Source: an uncultured Acidobacteriota bacterium
GTDB lineage: Bacteria > Acidobacteriota > UBA6911
NCBI GenBank assembly: GCA_964586015.1
Contig: CAZPHK010000003.1
Location: 358-64,357 of the forward strand
Direction: 5' to 3'
DNA: 64,000 bases
Below, piece after piece: positions 25,434 through 34,977 of the stretch; the first letter of the stretch is position 1; the number at the start of each line of letters is the position of its first letter. The translations under genes were made by a program, and so were the position numbers. The notes below the pieces were generated by a model that was not told where the DNA came from, made no database searches, and saw only the letters and a program-made list of their open reading frames with translations.

Positions 25434-28400
25434 ATGTTTTCCGCGCATTTCATCCAGCGTCCCCGCCTTGCCATGGTTGTATCCGTCATCATTCTTCTGG
25501 CGGGGCTTGTTGCCGTATTCAATCTTCCGATCCTTCAGTACCCGGACGTAACCCCTCCAACCGTGAGCGTCAGCGCTTCCTATCCGGGGGCCAGCGCCCA
25601 GGTCGTTTCCGATGCCGTCGCCGCCCCGATTGAAGAGGCGGTCAACGGGGTTGAAGGCATGATTTACATGTCTTCATCGTCATCGGACGGCGGGTACAGC
25701 CTGTCGGTGACTTTCGACGTCGGAATAGACATTGATATTGCCATGGTCAAGGTACAGAACCGGGTGCAGCGGGCCTACAACATATTGCCGGCCGAGGTAA
25801 AACAACAGGCGGTCCGGGTTTCGTCCCGATCCGGCGACATTCTTGGATTTTATTCCTTTTATTCCCCCAACCAGACACATGACCAGCTTTTTATCGGCAC
25901 CTACCTGGACGACAAGGTAAAGGACGTGATCGCCCGCGTGGAGGGAATGAGCGATGTCGGCATCATGGGACCGAGCAAATTCAGCATGCGGATCTGGCTG
26001 GATCCGGACAAAATGGCGGCATACGGGATCAGCACCGACGAGGTTTCCTCCGCCATTGCCACCCAGAACATCCAGGCGGCGGCCGGTTCGATCGGGGCCG
26101 TGCCCACCTACGACTCGCAGCAGCTGCAGTTCAGCATACGGGCGACAGGGCGCATGGAGAAGGCCGACGAATTTGAAAACATCGTCATCCACACGAACGA
26201 CGACGGGGGAATTCTGAGGCTTAAGGACATTGCCCGGATCGAGCTGGGCGCGGAGAGCTATTCCGCCGGCGCTTCCTTCAACGGCCAGCCGGCCATCGGT
26301 TTTCGACTGACCCAGCTTCCCGAGGCCAACGCCCTGGAAACCGTTTCACGGGCGAATGCGGAGCTGGAAAGACTGTCCCAATACTTTCCGGAAGACTTCG
26401 AGTACAAGGCCGTCTACGACCCGACCATGTTCATCCGCACCGCCCTTACCGAGATTGTTTATACGCTTCTGCTGACTTTCGCGCTGGTCGTGCTGGTCGT
26501 CTACGTCTTCCTTCAGGACTGGAGGGCGACCCTTATTCCGGCATGCGCCATCCCCGTGTCGCTGATAGGAGCTTTTGCCGTCCTGCTGGCGCTGGGGTAC
26601 AGCATCAATACCCTGACGCTTTTCGCCCTTGTCCTGGCCATCGGGATCGTGGTCGACGACGCGATTGTGGTCGTGGAAAACGTGCAGCGGATCATCGAAA
26701 CCGAACATCTTCCTCCAAAAGAAGCTACCTATAAAGCGATGAAGCAGGTATTCAGCGCCGTTATCGCCACAACCCTGGTGCTGCTGGCAATTTTCATCCC
26801 CATAGGCTTCATCTCCGGAATCGTCGGAAGGATCTACCAGCAGTTCGCCGTAACCATCTCCACCGCCGTGTCGATATCCACACTGAACGCTCTGACCCTC
26901 AGCCCGGCTCTCTGTTCCATCCTGTTGAGGCCTCACAGAAAAAAGAGGTTTTCCTTTTTCGGATGGTTTAACTGGAGCCTCGACAGGGTCCGGAATCTCT
27001 ATGTTTTCTGTGCCACATGGCTGGTGCGCCACAAGCCGGTCTCCGCAGGCATTTTCCTGATCGTCGCTTCGGCGGCGTGGTTTCTGTTTTCCGGGCATCC
27101 GACCAGTTTTCTGCCCAGCGAAGACCAGGGTGTGGTTTTCTGCGATGTTCAACTGCCGGAAAATGCAACCCAGGCCCGAACCAGTGAAGTGATGAAGGAA
27201 TTCTACGAAAAAACCCACAAAATTCCGGGCATCCGGAGAATGATGACCATCGTGGGTTTCAGCCAGTTGGGCGGCGGAGGCGACAACAGCGGGATGGCTT
27301 TCTTACTGTTGGATCCATGGGACGAACGAAAGACGCCCGAACTTCAGATAGATTCCATCATCGGCAAACTCAGCGAGGTCGCTGCCACCATTCCGGGAGC
27401 GCAGATCCGGCCTTTCAACCAGCCCCCCATCCGGGGCCTCGGCTCCACAAGCGGTATGGATTTCCGCCTCCAGGCCGCCATGGGACAATCCTCGGACGAA
27501 CTCGCCGAAGCGCTGGATCTCCTGGTCGCAGAGGCGAACCGGGATCCCCGCATCGGAAGGGCCTTCAGCACTTATCGCTCCAGCACGCCCCAACTCTACC
27601 TGAATGTCGATCGCGAGAAAGCGGAATTGCTGGATATTCCCATCAGCAGGATATTCTCCACTCTGCAGACCATTATGGGCTCCCGCTATATCAACGATTT
27701 CAACCTGCACAGCCGGGTTTACCAGGTGAAAGTTCAGGCGGATTTTCCCTATCGAAGCAAGCTGGAAGATATTCTCGACGTATACGTGCAGAACAACAAG
27801 GGGGAGATGGTTCCTTTGACCACCCTTATTTCCGTCACCACCATTCTGGCGCCGCAATCGATTGAGCGGTACAACATGTACCCCGCAGTCCGGGTGAACG
27901 CGGATGTTGCGCCGGGATTCAGTTCCAGCCAGGGAATGGACGGCATGGACAGCGCCATGAAGAAAGCGGTGCCCGAGGGTTTCCAGTATGAATGGACCGG
28001 GATGAGCTACCAGGAAAGGGAAAACGAGGGGCAGGTTTCCATCCTGATCGTCATGGCACTGATTTTCGGCTTCCTGTTCCTGGTCGGACAGTACGAAAGC
28101 TGGACCATCCCCGTTCCTGTTATGCTTTCCATTGCAGTCGCAGCCCTTGGAGCCATGATCGCGCTGGACATCACCGGGATACCTCTCAGCATTTATGCCC
28201 AGCTGGGGCTTATTCTCCTGGTGGGGCTCGCCAGCAAAAACGCGATCCTGATTGTCGAGTTTGCCAAAACCGAGCGGGAACACGGACATTCCATCGTTGA
28301 ATCCGCCGCCAAGGCTTCCAGGATACGGTACCGCGCGGTTCTGATGACCGCCTTTTCCTTCGTCCTCGGGGTTCTGCCGATGGTCCTGGCAACCGGCGCC

Positions 28401-28598
28401 GGCGCCGTCGGCAGACGCCATATCGGGACAACCGTTTTCGGGGGGATGGTGGCCGCCGTGGTCTTCGGGGTGGTGCTGACGCCTTCACTCTGGGCCATCT
28501 TCCAGACAGGGCGGGAGAGAGTGAAAACCTTCCTGCATATGAGGACTACGGTCGGGATTCTGGAGGATGAACCGGCCCTGCCGGAAGAAAATGAATAG
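25434..28598 (+). CDS. RND (HAE1/AcrB-type) efflux permease
   Basis: 1054 aa. MFSAHFIQRPRLAMVVSVIILLAG...; 12-TM architecture with two large loops. Confidence 0.95.
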   Translation: MFSAHFIQRPRLAMVVSVIILLAGLVAVFNLPILQYPDVTPPTVSVSASYPGASAQVVSDAVAAPIEEAVNGVEGMIYMSSSSSDGGYSLSVTFDVGIDIDIAMVKVQNRVQRAYNILPAEVKQQAVRVSSRSGDILGFYSFYSPNQTHDQLFIGTYLDDKVKDVIARVEGMSDVGIMGPSKFSMRIWLDPDKMAAYGISTDEVSSAIATQNIQAAAGSIGAVPTYDSQQLQFSIRATGRMEKADEFENIVIHTNDDGGILRLKDIARIELGAESYSAGASFNGQPAIGFRLTQLPEANALETVSRANAELERLSQYFPEDFEYKAVYDPTMFIRTALTEIVYTLLLTFALVVLVVYVFLQDWRATLIPACAIPVSLIGAFAVLLALGYSINTLTLFALVLAIGIVVDDAIVVVENVQRIIETEHLPPKEATYKAMKQVFSAVIATTLVLLAIFIPIGFISGIVGRIYQQFAVTISTAVSISTLNALTLSPALCSILLRPHRKKRFSFFGWFNWSLDRVRNLYVFCATWLVRHKPVSAGIFLIVASAAWFLFSGHPTSFLPSEDQGVVFCDVQLPENATQARTSEVMKEFYEKTHKIPGIRRMMTIVGFSQLGGGGDNSGMAFLLLDPWDERKTPELQIDSIIGKLSEVAATIPGAQIRPFNQPPIRGLGSTSGMDFRLQAAMGQSSDELAEALDLLVAEANRDPRIGRAFSTYRSSTPQLYLNVDREKAELLDIPISRIFSTLQTIMGSRYINDFNLHSRVYQVKVQADFPYRSKLEDILDVYVQNNKGEMVPLTTLISVTTILAPQSIERYNMYPAVRVNADVAPGFSSSQGMDGMDSAMKKAVPEGFQYEWTGMSYQERENEGQVSILIVMALIFGFLFLVGQYESWTIPVPVMLSIAVAALGAMIALDITGIPLSIYAQLGLILLVGLASKNAILIVEFAKTEREHGHSIVESAAKASRIRYRAVLMTAFSFVLGVLPMVLATGAGAVGRRHIGTTVFGGMVAAVVFGVVLTPSLWAIFQTGRERVKTFLHMRTTVGILEDEPALPEENE

Positions 28599-28604
28599 GA
28601 TGCA

Positions 28605-28738
28605 GGGGCGAACCTTGTATTCGCCCTTTGATTGAAGATTGCAGATTGCAGATTGTGGTTGTGGTTGATTTGGAATCGGATCCTGATTGTTTTTTGTTGT
28701 AACGTTATTGGCTGTAGGGGCGAACCTTGTGTTCGCCC
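28605..28738 (+). repeat. Two copies of the GGGGCGAAC-CTTGT-GTTCGCCC hairpin repeat, separated by short tandem heptamer/hexamer repeats
   Basis: Hairpins at 28605-28626 and 28717-28738. Between them lies agattgc-agattgc-agattgt-ggttgt-ggttga. Confidence 0.85.
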
Positions 28739-28809
28739 TTCGATCGAACAGAAGTCGGATAAGGAGTTTGGTTTTTAATTTGCAATTTTTAATCTTGAAT
28801 TTATTTTCC

Positions 28810-30261
28810 ATGAAAAATATCCGTAAAACCGTTGTCTTTGCTGCCGTCACCCTCCTTCTGTCTATTTTTGCAGGCTGTAAAGCGGTCGGGCCTGATTATA
28901 AGCCGGTTCAGGTCGCCGTACCGTCCGAATGGCCCTCTATCGAAACCTCTGCGGAAGAAAAAAAACAGACGGTAGATACGGAAGCGCTGGCGCAATGGTG
29001 GACGACACTGGAGGATCCGGTCCTCAGCAGTCTTGTCGAAAGGGCCGTTTCCAACAACAAAGACCTTAAAATCGCGTTGACGCGGATCCGTCAATCCCGG
29101 GCGGTACTGGGAGTCGCCGACAAGCAGCTCGATCCCTCCGTAAGCGGATCCGCCCTTTATCGAAGAAGCCAGTCCGGAATTCCCACCGCCGACAATTCGG
29201 ATCCGGCGCTCTTCACATCCGGAAGCGATTATTATGACGCCGGTTTCGACGCCTCCTGGGAAATCGATCTTTTCGGGAAAAAACACCGCGGCATCGAAGC
29301 CGCCGCCGCCGACCTGGAAGCGTCCGAAGAAGGGTATCGAAGCGTGCTGGTCAGCCTGGCCTCGGAAACGGCCAGCGACTACGTAAGGCTGCGGACTCTT
29401 CAAAAACAGCTTGAGATTGTTCAACGGAACCTGGAATTGCAGGAGAAGGTCCTGTCGGTCCTTGAAGATCAGGCAAAAGCGGGACTGATTACTTACCTCA
29501 GAGTCCGGCAATCCAGGTACAATATTGAAACCACCCGATCGCGTATTCCCGGCTACAGGATAAGCATCGAAGAAACCCTGAACACCCTGGCCATCCTGCT
29601 CGGAAAGATGCCCGGAGACCTCCACAAAGAGCTTTCAAATCCCTCTCCCCTACCGGTCCCCGGCGTCGAAATCGCCGTCGGCATTCCCGCGGACATCCTG
29701 CGCCGCAGGCCCGATATCCGGAATGCCGAAAGGGCGGTGGCGGCACAGACCGCCAGAATCGGCGCAGCGACCGCCGATCTTTACCCCACTTTCAGCCTGA
29801 GCGGGTTCCTGGGAATGACCGCCGCTTCTACCGACGCTTTTTTCTCCGATAACAGCCCGACAGTCAGCATCGGACCGTTTATCAGCGTTCCCATCTTCAA
29901 CCGCGGCAAGATCCGGGACCAGATTGAAATTCAAAACGCCATTCAGGAACGCACACTGATCGAATACGAAAATACCGTGCTGGATGCCATCAAGGAGGTC
30001 CGGGACGCCATTATCGCCTACGGAGAAGAACAGAAGCGCTACAGGATATTGGAGCAGGGCGCGGCGGAAGCCCGGGCCGCTCTCAATATCGCAGACGAAC
30101 AGTTTCGTTCCGGACTGGTGAACTTCCTGGACGTTCTGGATGCCCAGCGTTCCCTCCTTTCCTTTGAGGAAACACAGATCGGGAGCCGGGGAACCATTAC
30201 CCAGGACCTCATAAAGCTCTATAAAGCCCTGGGCGGCGGATGGAATCCTGAAGGCAGCTAA
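28810..30261 (+). CDS. RND efflux outer-membrane factor lipoprotein (NodT family)
   Basis: ATG 28810. Lipobox LSIFAGC. The remainder is OMF-like. Confidence 0.9.
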   Translation: MKNIRKTVVFAAVTLLLSIFAGCKAVGPDYKPVQVAVPSEWPSIETSAEEKKQTVDTEALAQWWTTLEDPVLSSLVERAVSNNKDLKIALTRIRQSRAVLGVADKQLDPSVSGSALYRRSQSGIPTADNSDPALFTSGSDYYDAGFDASWEIDLFGKKHRGIEAAAADLEASEEGYRSVLVSLASETASDYVRLRTLQKQLEIVQRNLELQEKVLSVLEDQAKAGLITYLRVRQSRYNIETTRSRIPGYRISIEETLNTLAILLGKMPGDLHKELSNPSPLPVPGVEIAVGIPADILRRRPDIRNAERAVAAQTARIGAATADLYPTFSLSGFLGMTAASTDAFFSDNSPTVSIGPFISVPIFNRGKIRDQIEIQNAIQERTLIEYENTVLDAIKEVRDAIIAYGEEQKRYRILEQGAAEARAALNIADEQFRSGLVNFLDVLDAQRSLLSFEETQIGSRGTITQDLIKLYKALGGGWNPEGS

Positions 30262-30270
30262 AATGCAGGT

Positions 30271-30389
30271 TTACCCCGTTTTTCTCGCGGGGTTCCAGCC
30301 GCTTCGCTTGTACGAGGCAGTGCAGAGGGCTGTGGATAAATAACTTTCTGTACCGCCGCAGTAGAAACCTCGTGAGAAAAGCGGGTTAA
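30271..30389 (+). repeat. About 120-bp element with 26-nt imperfect terminal inverted repeats
   Basis: ttaccccgtttttctcgcggggttcc (30271-30296) pairs with gaaacctcgtgagaaaagcgggttaa (30364-30389). Related to 52607-52788 and to a half-site at 23980-24006. Confidence 0.7.
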
Positions 30390-30471
30390 GGATTTCAACA
30401 CCCAAAATGCATTCTGTAGTACAATCCCCCTAATGGAACGGCACAAAAACACCCTATCGTGAGGCGACAAC

Positions 30472-32769
30472 ATGGCGGATCTTGATGGAAGCAACGGATT
30501 GAGAAAAGAATTTATAGCTGTCGGTCGAGCCAATGTCCCCGGCAGGCTATCGTATTCCATGGCCACAGGGATGGCCAAATACGGCGGCGATGCCGCGATA
30601 CCCGGCATGCTCCACGCCAAATATCTCAGAAGCCCCTACGGCCGGGTCAAAATAAAGAGTATGGACGTCAGCAAAGCGAAGGCGCTGCCGGGCGTAGTTG
30701 AAATCGTGACCTGGGACGATCCGGAAGCCCAGGAAATATCCAGTCGTGGAGCAAGGGAGCCGCTGATTCCCCGTGATGCCGAAACCGAAAACCAGGAGGT
30801 AGGCGCGATTGTTGTTGCCGAAACACCGGAAGTTTTAGATGAAGCGCTCCGAATGATTGAAGTGGAATGGGAGGTGCTGCCGACCATTGTGGATGCGCTG
30901 GACGGACTCAAGCCCGGCGCCCCGGCCATAAAATTTCCCCCCGGAAAGCCATCCAGTGCATCGACAGGGGACGTCGAGGCCGCTTTCAGGGAAGCGGACC
31001 ACGTCGTCGAATTCGACTGGGCGCAACCCCGCAGGGCATCGCACCCGCCGAATCCGAATGTGAGCGTCGCATGGTGGGCGCAGGATCCCTGGGGAACTCC
31101 GGGCGATACTCTCTATATTGAGGGCATATGCCCCACATGGGGCTCTTTTGAACTGCGCCCCATGTACAATGTCACGTACGACAAGCTTTTTCGCAAAACC
31201 CTGTTCCAGGGAGGCAGATACTGCGACTGGTTCCACCGCCGTTCCCAGATGGTGACGCCTTTTCTGGCCAAAAGGACGGGCCGGCCTGTCCGGTGCGTGA
31301 ATGAAAGAACTCACGAGTACTATCCCGGAGGCCAGCAGCGCGACGCGCACGTAAAATTAGGGTTCAATAACGATGGACTGATTACGGCAGCCGAAGAGAG
31401 CGTCGTCAACGATTCCGGCTCTCCGCGCGAACGGGCGTTCGGTTGGGGCGGATCGATCGCGTTCAGTCCTTTCAACACCACCCGGTGCGTCAACATAAAG
31501 AGCAATTCCCAATCCGTTTTCACCAATTCGGGCTTTACCATGGGCAGCCAGACTTCTCCCTACGACTGGGACGCCATGACGATTGCCGAACAGCATGTGG
31601 CTGAAAAACTCGGCATGGACGTTCTGGATGTCGCGCTCAAAAATGTCCACGGACCTTCGTCCCAGCAGGATCCCGGCATTCCCCCCAGCCTGCAGATGTG
31701 CATAGACAAGGGCAGGGAGGCCATGAACTGGCAGTGGCACCGGGCGGGAACAAAGAAACTGCCGGACGGAAGGCTGCACGGGCTGGGCTTCCGGTACGCC
31801 ATGTCGCCCCGGCACGCCCAGCAGCCCTACACCGCGACTGTGACGGTCCAGGCGGACAGCAAGGTGTACGTTCCGCTGAAGGGTCCCTGGATGGGAGCGT
31901 ATGCCGCGGAGTCCTGCGCCCTGGTTGTCGCCGAGGAAATGGGCGCCCGTGTCGAAGACGTTATTCTAAGCTACGATGAAAAGTTTATTTTCACTCCCGT
32001 CGGGGGAGGAAGCGACGGCACGACGGCATCCGCCTGGGTCATGAAAGAGGCGGCCGTGAAATGCAAAAAGCTGCTTCTGGAACTGGCGGCCAAATCCAGC
32101 GCGTTCAATCCCGGCCCGAGGGCTTTCGGAAGCTCTACAACCAGCGGGCCCAAAATCAGCCCGGAGGATCTCGATACGAAGGACACCATGGTCTATCTGA
32201 AATCGGATCCGAGCAAGGCATTTCCCTTCGGGAAGTTCATCGGCGACGAAGGATTCGGCGATCACGACCTGGATATCACCGCAACCCACTTCGGAAGACC
32301 GCCGGAGACAACCTGGCACAGGGGCGGACACATTCTCGATGTCATGAACGCCAGCTTCTGCGAAGTCGCCGTGGACCCGGAAACCGGGGAGACGGAAGTG
32401 ACCAGGTACCTGGTCGTCTGCGATCCGGGCAAGGTTCTGAGAATGACCTCGTTTGAAGGCCAGCTGCACCAGGCAATGTTCTTCAGTCACGGAGGATTGA
32501 TGGAGGAGTTCATTTACGACAAGAAAACGGGTGTAAAACTCAACACGAACATGTGGGAGTACAAAAAGCCCACAATGATGGATCTGGGACCGATCGACAC
32601 TTACGCGGTGGAAACCCGATCGGGCAACGCCTGCTACGGCGCGTCGGGCATCAGCCACTGTATGGCCTCACTGCTCCTTCCCGTCTGCGCCGTCGCGAAT
32701 GCCACAGGTCACTGGATCAAACCGCCCGTCACCCCGGACAAGGTGCTGAAAGCCCTGGGCAAGGTTTAG
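30472..32769 (+). CDS. Xanthine dehydrogenase / aldehyde oxidase family molybdopterin-binding subunit (orphan)
   Basis: 765 aa. N-terminal a/b-hammerhead region GMLHAKYLRSPYGRVKIKSMDVSKAKALPGV. Paralogue of 59084-61543. Confidence 0.85.
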   Translation: MADLDGSNGLRKEFIAVGRANVPGRLSYSMATGMAKYGGDAAIPGMLHAKYLRSPYGRVKIKSMDVSKAKALPGVVEIVTWDDPEAQEISSRGAREPLIPRDAETENQEVGAIVVAETPEVLDEALRMIEVEWEVLPTIVDALDGLKPGAPAIKFPPGKPSSASTGDVEAAFREADHVVEFDWAQPRRASHPPNPNVSVAWWAQDPWGTPGDTLYIEGICPTWGSFELRPMYNVTYDKLFRKTLFQGGRYCDWFHRRSQMVTPFLAKRTGRPVRCVNERTHEYYPGGQQRDAHVKLGFNNDGLITAAEESVVNDSGSPRERAFGWGGSIAFSPFNTTRCVNIKSNSQSVFTNSGFTMGSQTSPYDWDAMTIAEQHVAEKLGMDVLDVALKNVHGPSSQQDPGIPPSLQMCIDKGREAMNWQWHRAGTKKLPDGRLHGLGFRYAMSPRHAQQPYTATVTVQADSKVYVPLKGPWMGAYAAESCALVVAEEMGARVEDVILSYDEKFIFTPVGGGSDGTTASAWVMKEAAVKCKKLLLELAAKSSAFNPGPRAFGSSTTSGPKISPEDLDTKDTMVYLKSDPSKAFPFGKFIGDEGFGDHDLDITATHFGRPPETTWHRGGHILDVMNASFCEVAVDPETGETEVTRYLVVCDPGKVLRMTSFEGQLHQAMFFSHGGLMEEFIYDKKTGVKLNTNMWEYKKPTMMDLGPIDTYAVETRSGNACYGASGISHCMASLLLPVCAVANATGHWIKPPVTPDKVLKALGKV

Positions 32770-32795
32770 ATCCGCGTAAATACCGACAAATTGCA

Positions 32796-32824
32796 GGGGC
32801 GAACCTTGTGTTCGCCCTTTTTTT
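32796..32824 (+). terminator. Intrinsic terminator built from the GGGGCGAAC hairpin repeat plus T7
   Basis: ggggcgaaccttgtgttcgccc followed by ttttttt, 27 nt after the stop at 32769. Confidence 0.65.
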
Positions 32825-32855
32825 ATTATTGGATTCTGCCAGGTGCGTTGAGGAC

Positions 32856-32890
32856 CTTATTGCAAGTCCGGAGAATTCGCGGGTCGAGAT
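32856..32890 (+). repeat. R2 repeat, copy a (short)
   Basis: cttattgcaagtccggagaattcgcgggtcgag aligns with the 5' part of 34854 and 36600. Confidence 0.6.
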
Positions 32891-33123
32891 TTCTCACTCT
32901 CAAAGATTCTGTTTGTGCGCGATAGCGGTGCCGGGAAATCTTGTCGTCGTCCGTCGTTCTCCAATTGTGCAGTGATAGCAACTTTGTCTGTTATCTCTTG
33001 CTTTTCCCATAAATACCCCTCTTTAAAGAAAATCTACGAACGGAAGCGATTCAGAATTTTAGTGAGCATTTTAAGGCTAATATATTTTAATAAATTAAAT
33101 TGATAGTTTTTAACATTGTATGA

Positions 33124-33164
33124 TATTTTACATAAATACTCTTTAAGAGTATTTATGTAAAATA
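33124..33164 (+). promoter_or_regulatory. 41-bp perfect palindrome (20-bp arms, 1-nt centre); candidate AbiEi operator overlapping a putative promoter
   Basis: tattttacataaatactctt-t-aagagtatttatgtaaaata ends 10 nt before the abiEi ATG. TTAACA-N17-TAAATA at 33110-33138 overlaps the left arm. Confidence 0.55.
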
Positions 33165-33174
33165 GAGTACAACT

Positions 33175-33969
33175 ATGAAAAAAAAGCTTGGGAAACTCGA
33201 AACACAGTTTTTTGCCTACACTCAGATGCGCAGGCTGAGAACCGTTCGGAATGGCGACCTGACATCTTCCTTGCTTCGTTTAACTCCCGACCAGGAACGC
33301 AAACTTCTAAGCAGACTTTCCCGCGGAGGCCTGATTGCAAGGGTGCGACCGGGATTATACCTTGTGCCTCCACAATTGCCTCTAGGCGGAGCATGGACAC
33401 CAAGCGAAGCACTGGCGCTCAATACGCTGATGGAGGATCGAAGCGGGCGCTATCAAATCTGCGGGCCCAATGCTTTCAACCGCTATGGACTCGTCGATCA
33501 AATCCCTAACCGTGTATACGTTTATAACAACAGGATTTCCGGAGTGCGCAAGATTGGATCCGTTGTCCTGGCGCTAATCAAAGTTGCCGACAAAAGATTA
33601 GGTGCAGCCGAAACGGCAACTCTGGATAGGGAAACAGTCCTCTACTCATCTTTAGTGAGGACACTATTAGATGCTGTATACGACTGGTCAAGGTTCGACA
33701 GCCTCCCTCGCGGTTACAATTGGATCCGCCGTGAAATCAGGACAAAACGAATAAATGTTAAGGAACTTGTCGAAGTAACCCTGCACTATGGAGACACGGG
33801 AACCATACGACGGGTTGGAGCCTTGCTCGAGAACGAAGGAGTTGACATAGCAGAGCTTGGCAAACTGATGCGAGCTCTTAAACCTTCCTCCAGCCTGATC
33901 CCGTGGATTCCGGGAAGACCTAAACGTGGAACGGTAAACCGTCAATGGGGTGTCGTCATTAATGAATAA
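33175..33969 (+). CDS. abiEi: AbiEi-family type IV antitoxin / transcriptional regulator
   Basis: 264 aa. N-terminal wHTH-like LTPDQERKLLSRLSRGGLIARVRPGLYLVPP. Overlaps the nucleotidyltransferase toxin gene. Confidence 0.8.
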   Translation: MKKKLGKLETQFFAYTQMRRLRTVRNGDLTSSLLRLTPDQERKLLSRLSRGGLIARVRPGLYLVPPQLPLGGAWTPSEALALNTLMEDRSGRYQICGPNAFNRYGLVDQIPNRVYVYNNRISGVRKIGSVVLALIKVADKRLGAAETATLDRETVLYSSLVRTLLDAVYDWSRFDSLPRGYNWIRREIRTKRINVKELVEVTLHYGDTGTIRRVGALLENEGVDIAELGKLMRALKPSSSLIPWIPGRPKRGTVNRQWGVVINE

Positions 33970-34849
33970 GTCTCTTTGGAATACGGAGAAAATCCTTGAT
34001 GACCCGGACTTTTTTCTGTCAGCGATAAATTTTACGGCACATAGAACAGCTTTTGCGGCCCGTCTTATCGAAAAAGATTATTTCTGTAGCGTAGTACTGG
34101 AATACCTGTCATCCGCCGGTAAGTATCTTGTTTTCAAAGGCGGTACATGCCTTGCAAAAGTGCATGCAGGATTTTACCGGTTGAGCGAAGATCTGGATTT
34201 TGTCATTTCCACCCCGATTAATTCCAGGAGGGAAGAACGGAGAAAACAGGTACATGCATTGAAGCGTATTGTGGCGGAAATGCCCGATCAACTGTCCTGT
34301 CTGCAGTTGATCCAACCGCTGACAGGAGCAAACAATTCAACTCAATATATTTCAGTATTTACTTATAGATCCCTGATAAGCGGACAGTCGGAAAATATTA
34401 AAATTGAAATTGGATTACGCGAACCCCTGTTGACAGCAGTACAGACGTACCCGTCAAACACAATTTTACTGAATCCGGTATCAGACCAGCCGCTGCTGAA
34501 TCCGGTATCGTTGTGTTGTATCTCCAGATTTGAAGCATTTGCCGAAAAATTCAGAGCTGCATTGACTCGCCGGGATGTTGCCATTCGGGATTTCTTTGAT
34601 ATCGATTACGCTGCGCAAAAACTTGAAATCCCCATTGAAGACAGGAAATTTATAAAACTGGTTAAACAAAAAATTTCAGTCCCTGGAAACTTCCCCGTGG
34701 ATACTTCACAATCACGTCTGGACATCCTCCGCCAGCAACTCAATACACAACTAAAGCCGGTATTGCGTGAGACGGACTTCGTTGAATTTGACCTGGAGCG
34801 TTCCATCCGAACAGTGTTGAAAATGGCTGGGAAAGTCATTGAAACATAA
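33962..34849 (+). CDS. abiEii: AbiEii/AbiGii-family nucleotidyltransferase toxin
   Basis: FKGGTCLAKVHAGFYRLSEDLDFV is the family signature. ATG 33962 overlaps abiEi by 8 nt; an alternative GTG lies at 33950. Confidence 0.8.
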   Translation: MNKSLWNTEKILDDPDFFLSAINFTAHRTAFAARLIEKDYFCSVVLEYLSSAGKYLVFKGGTCLAKVHAGFYRLSEDLDFVISTPINSRREERRKQVHALKRIVAEMPDQLSCLQLIQPLTGANNSTQYISVFTYRSLISGQSENIKIEIGLREPLLTAVQTYPSNTILLNPVSDQPLLNPVSLCCISRFEAFAEKFRAALTRRDVAIRDFFDIDYAAQKLEIPIEDRKFIKLVKQKISVPGNFPVDTSQSRLDILRQQLNTQLKPVLRETDFVEFDLERSIRTVLKMAGKVIET

Positions 34850-34853
34850 AAGC

Positions 34854-34977
34854 CTTATCGGAAATCCGGAGAATTCGCGGATCGGGAGGCGTCCCTGAAA
34901 AAGGTCTTTTATTCCACCTGGCGCGGCCGCTGGCCGCGACAAAGTTTTGGTAAGCTGATGAAGCGGCCGCGCGCTTT
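34854..34977 (+). repeat. R2 repeat, copy b
   Basis: About 68 nt aligns well with 36600-36667. Contains the 10-bp GC-only inverted repeat gcgcggccgc (34921-34930) / gcggccgcgc (34963-34972). Confidence 0.7.

Noticed and set aside
26346-28421. 290-aa and 372-aa minus-strand ORFs
   Set aside because: Both are embedded antisense in the RND permease gene.
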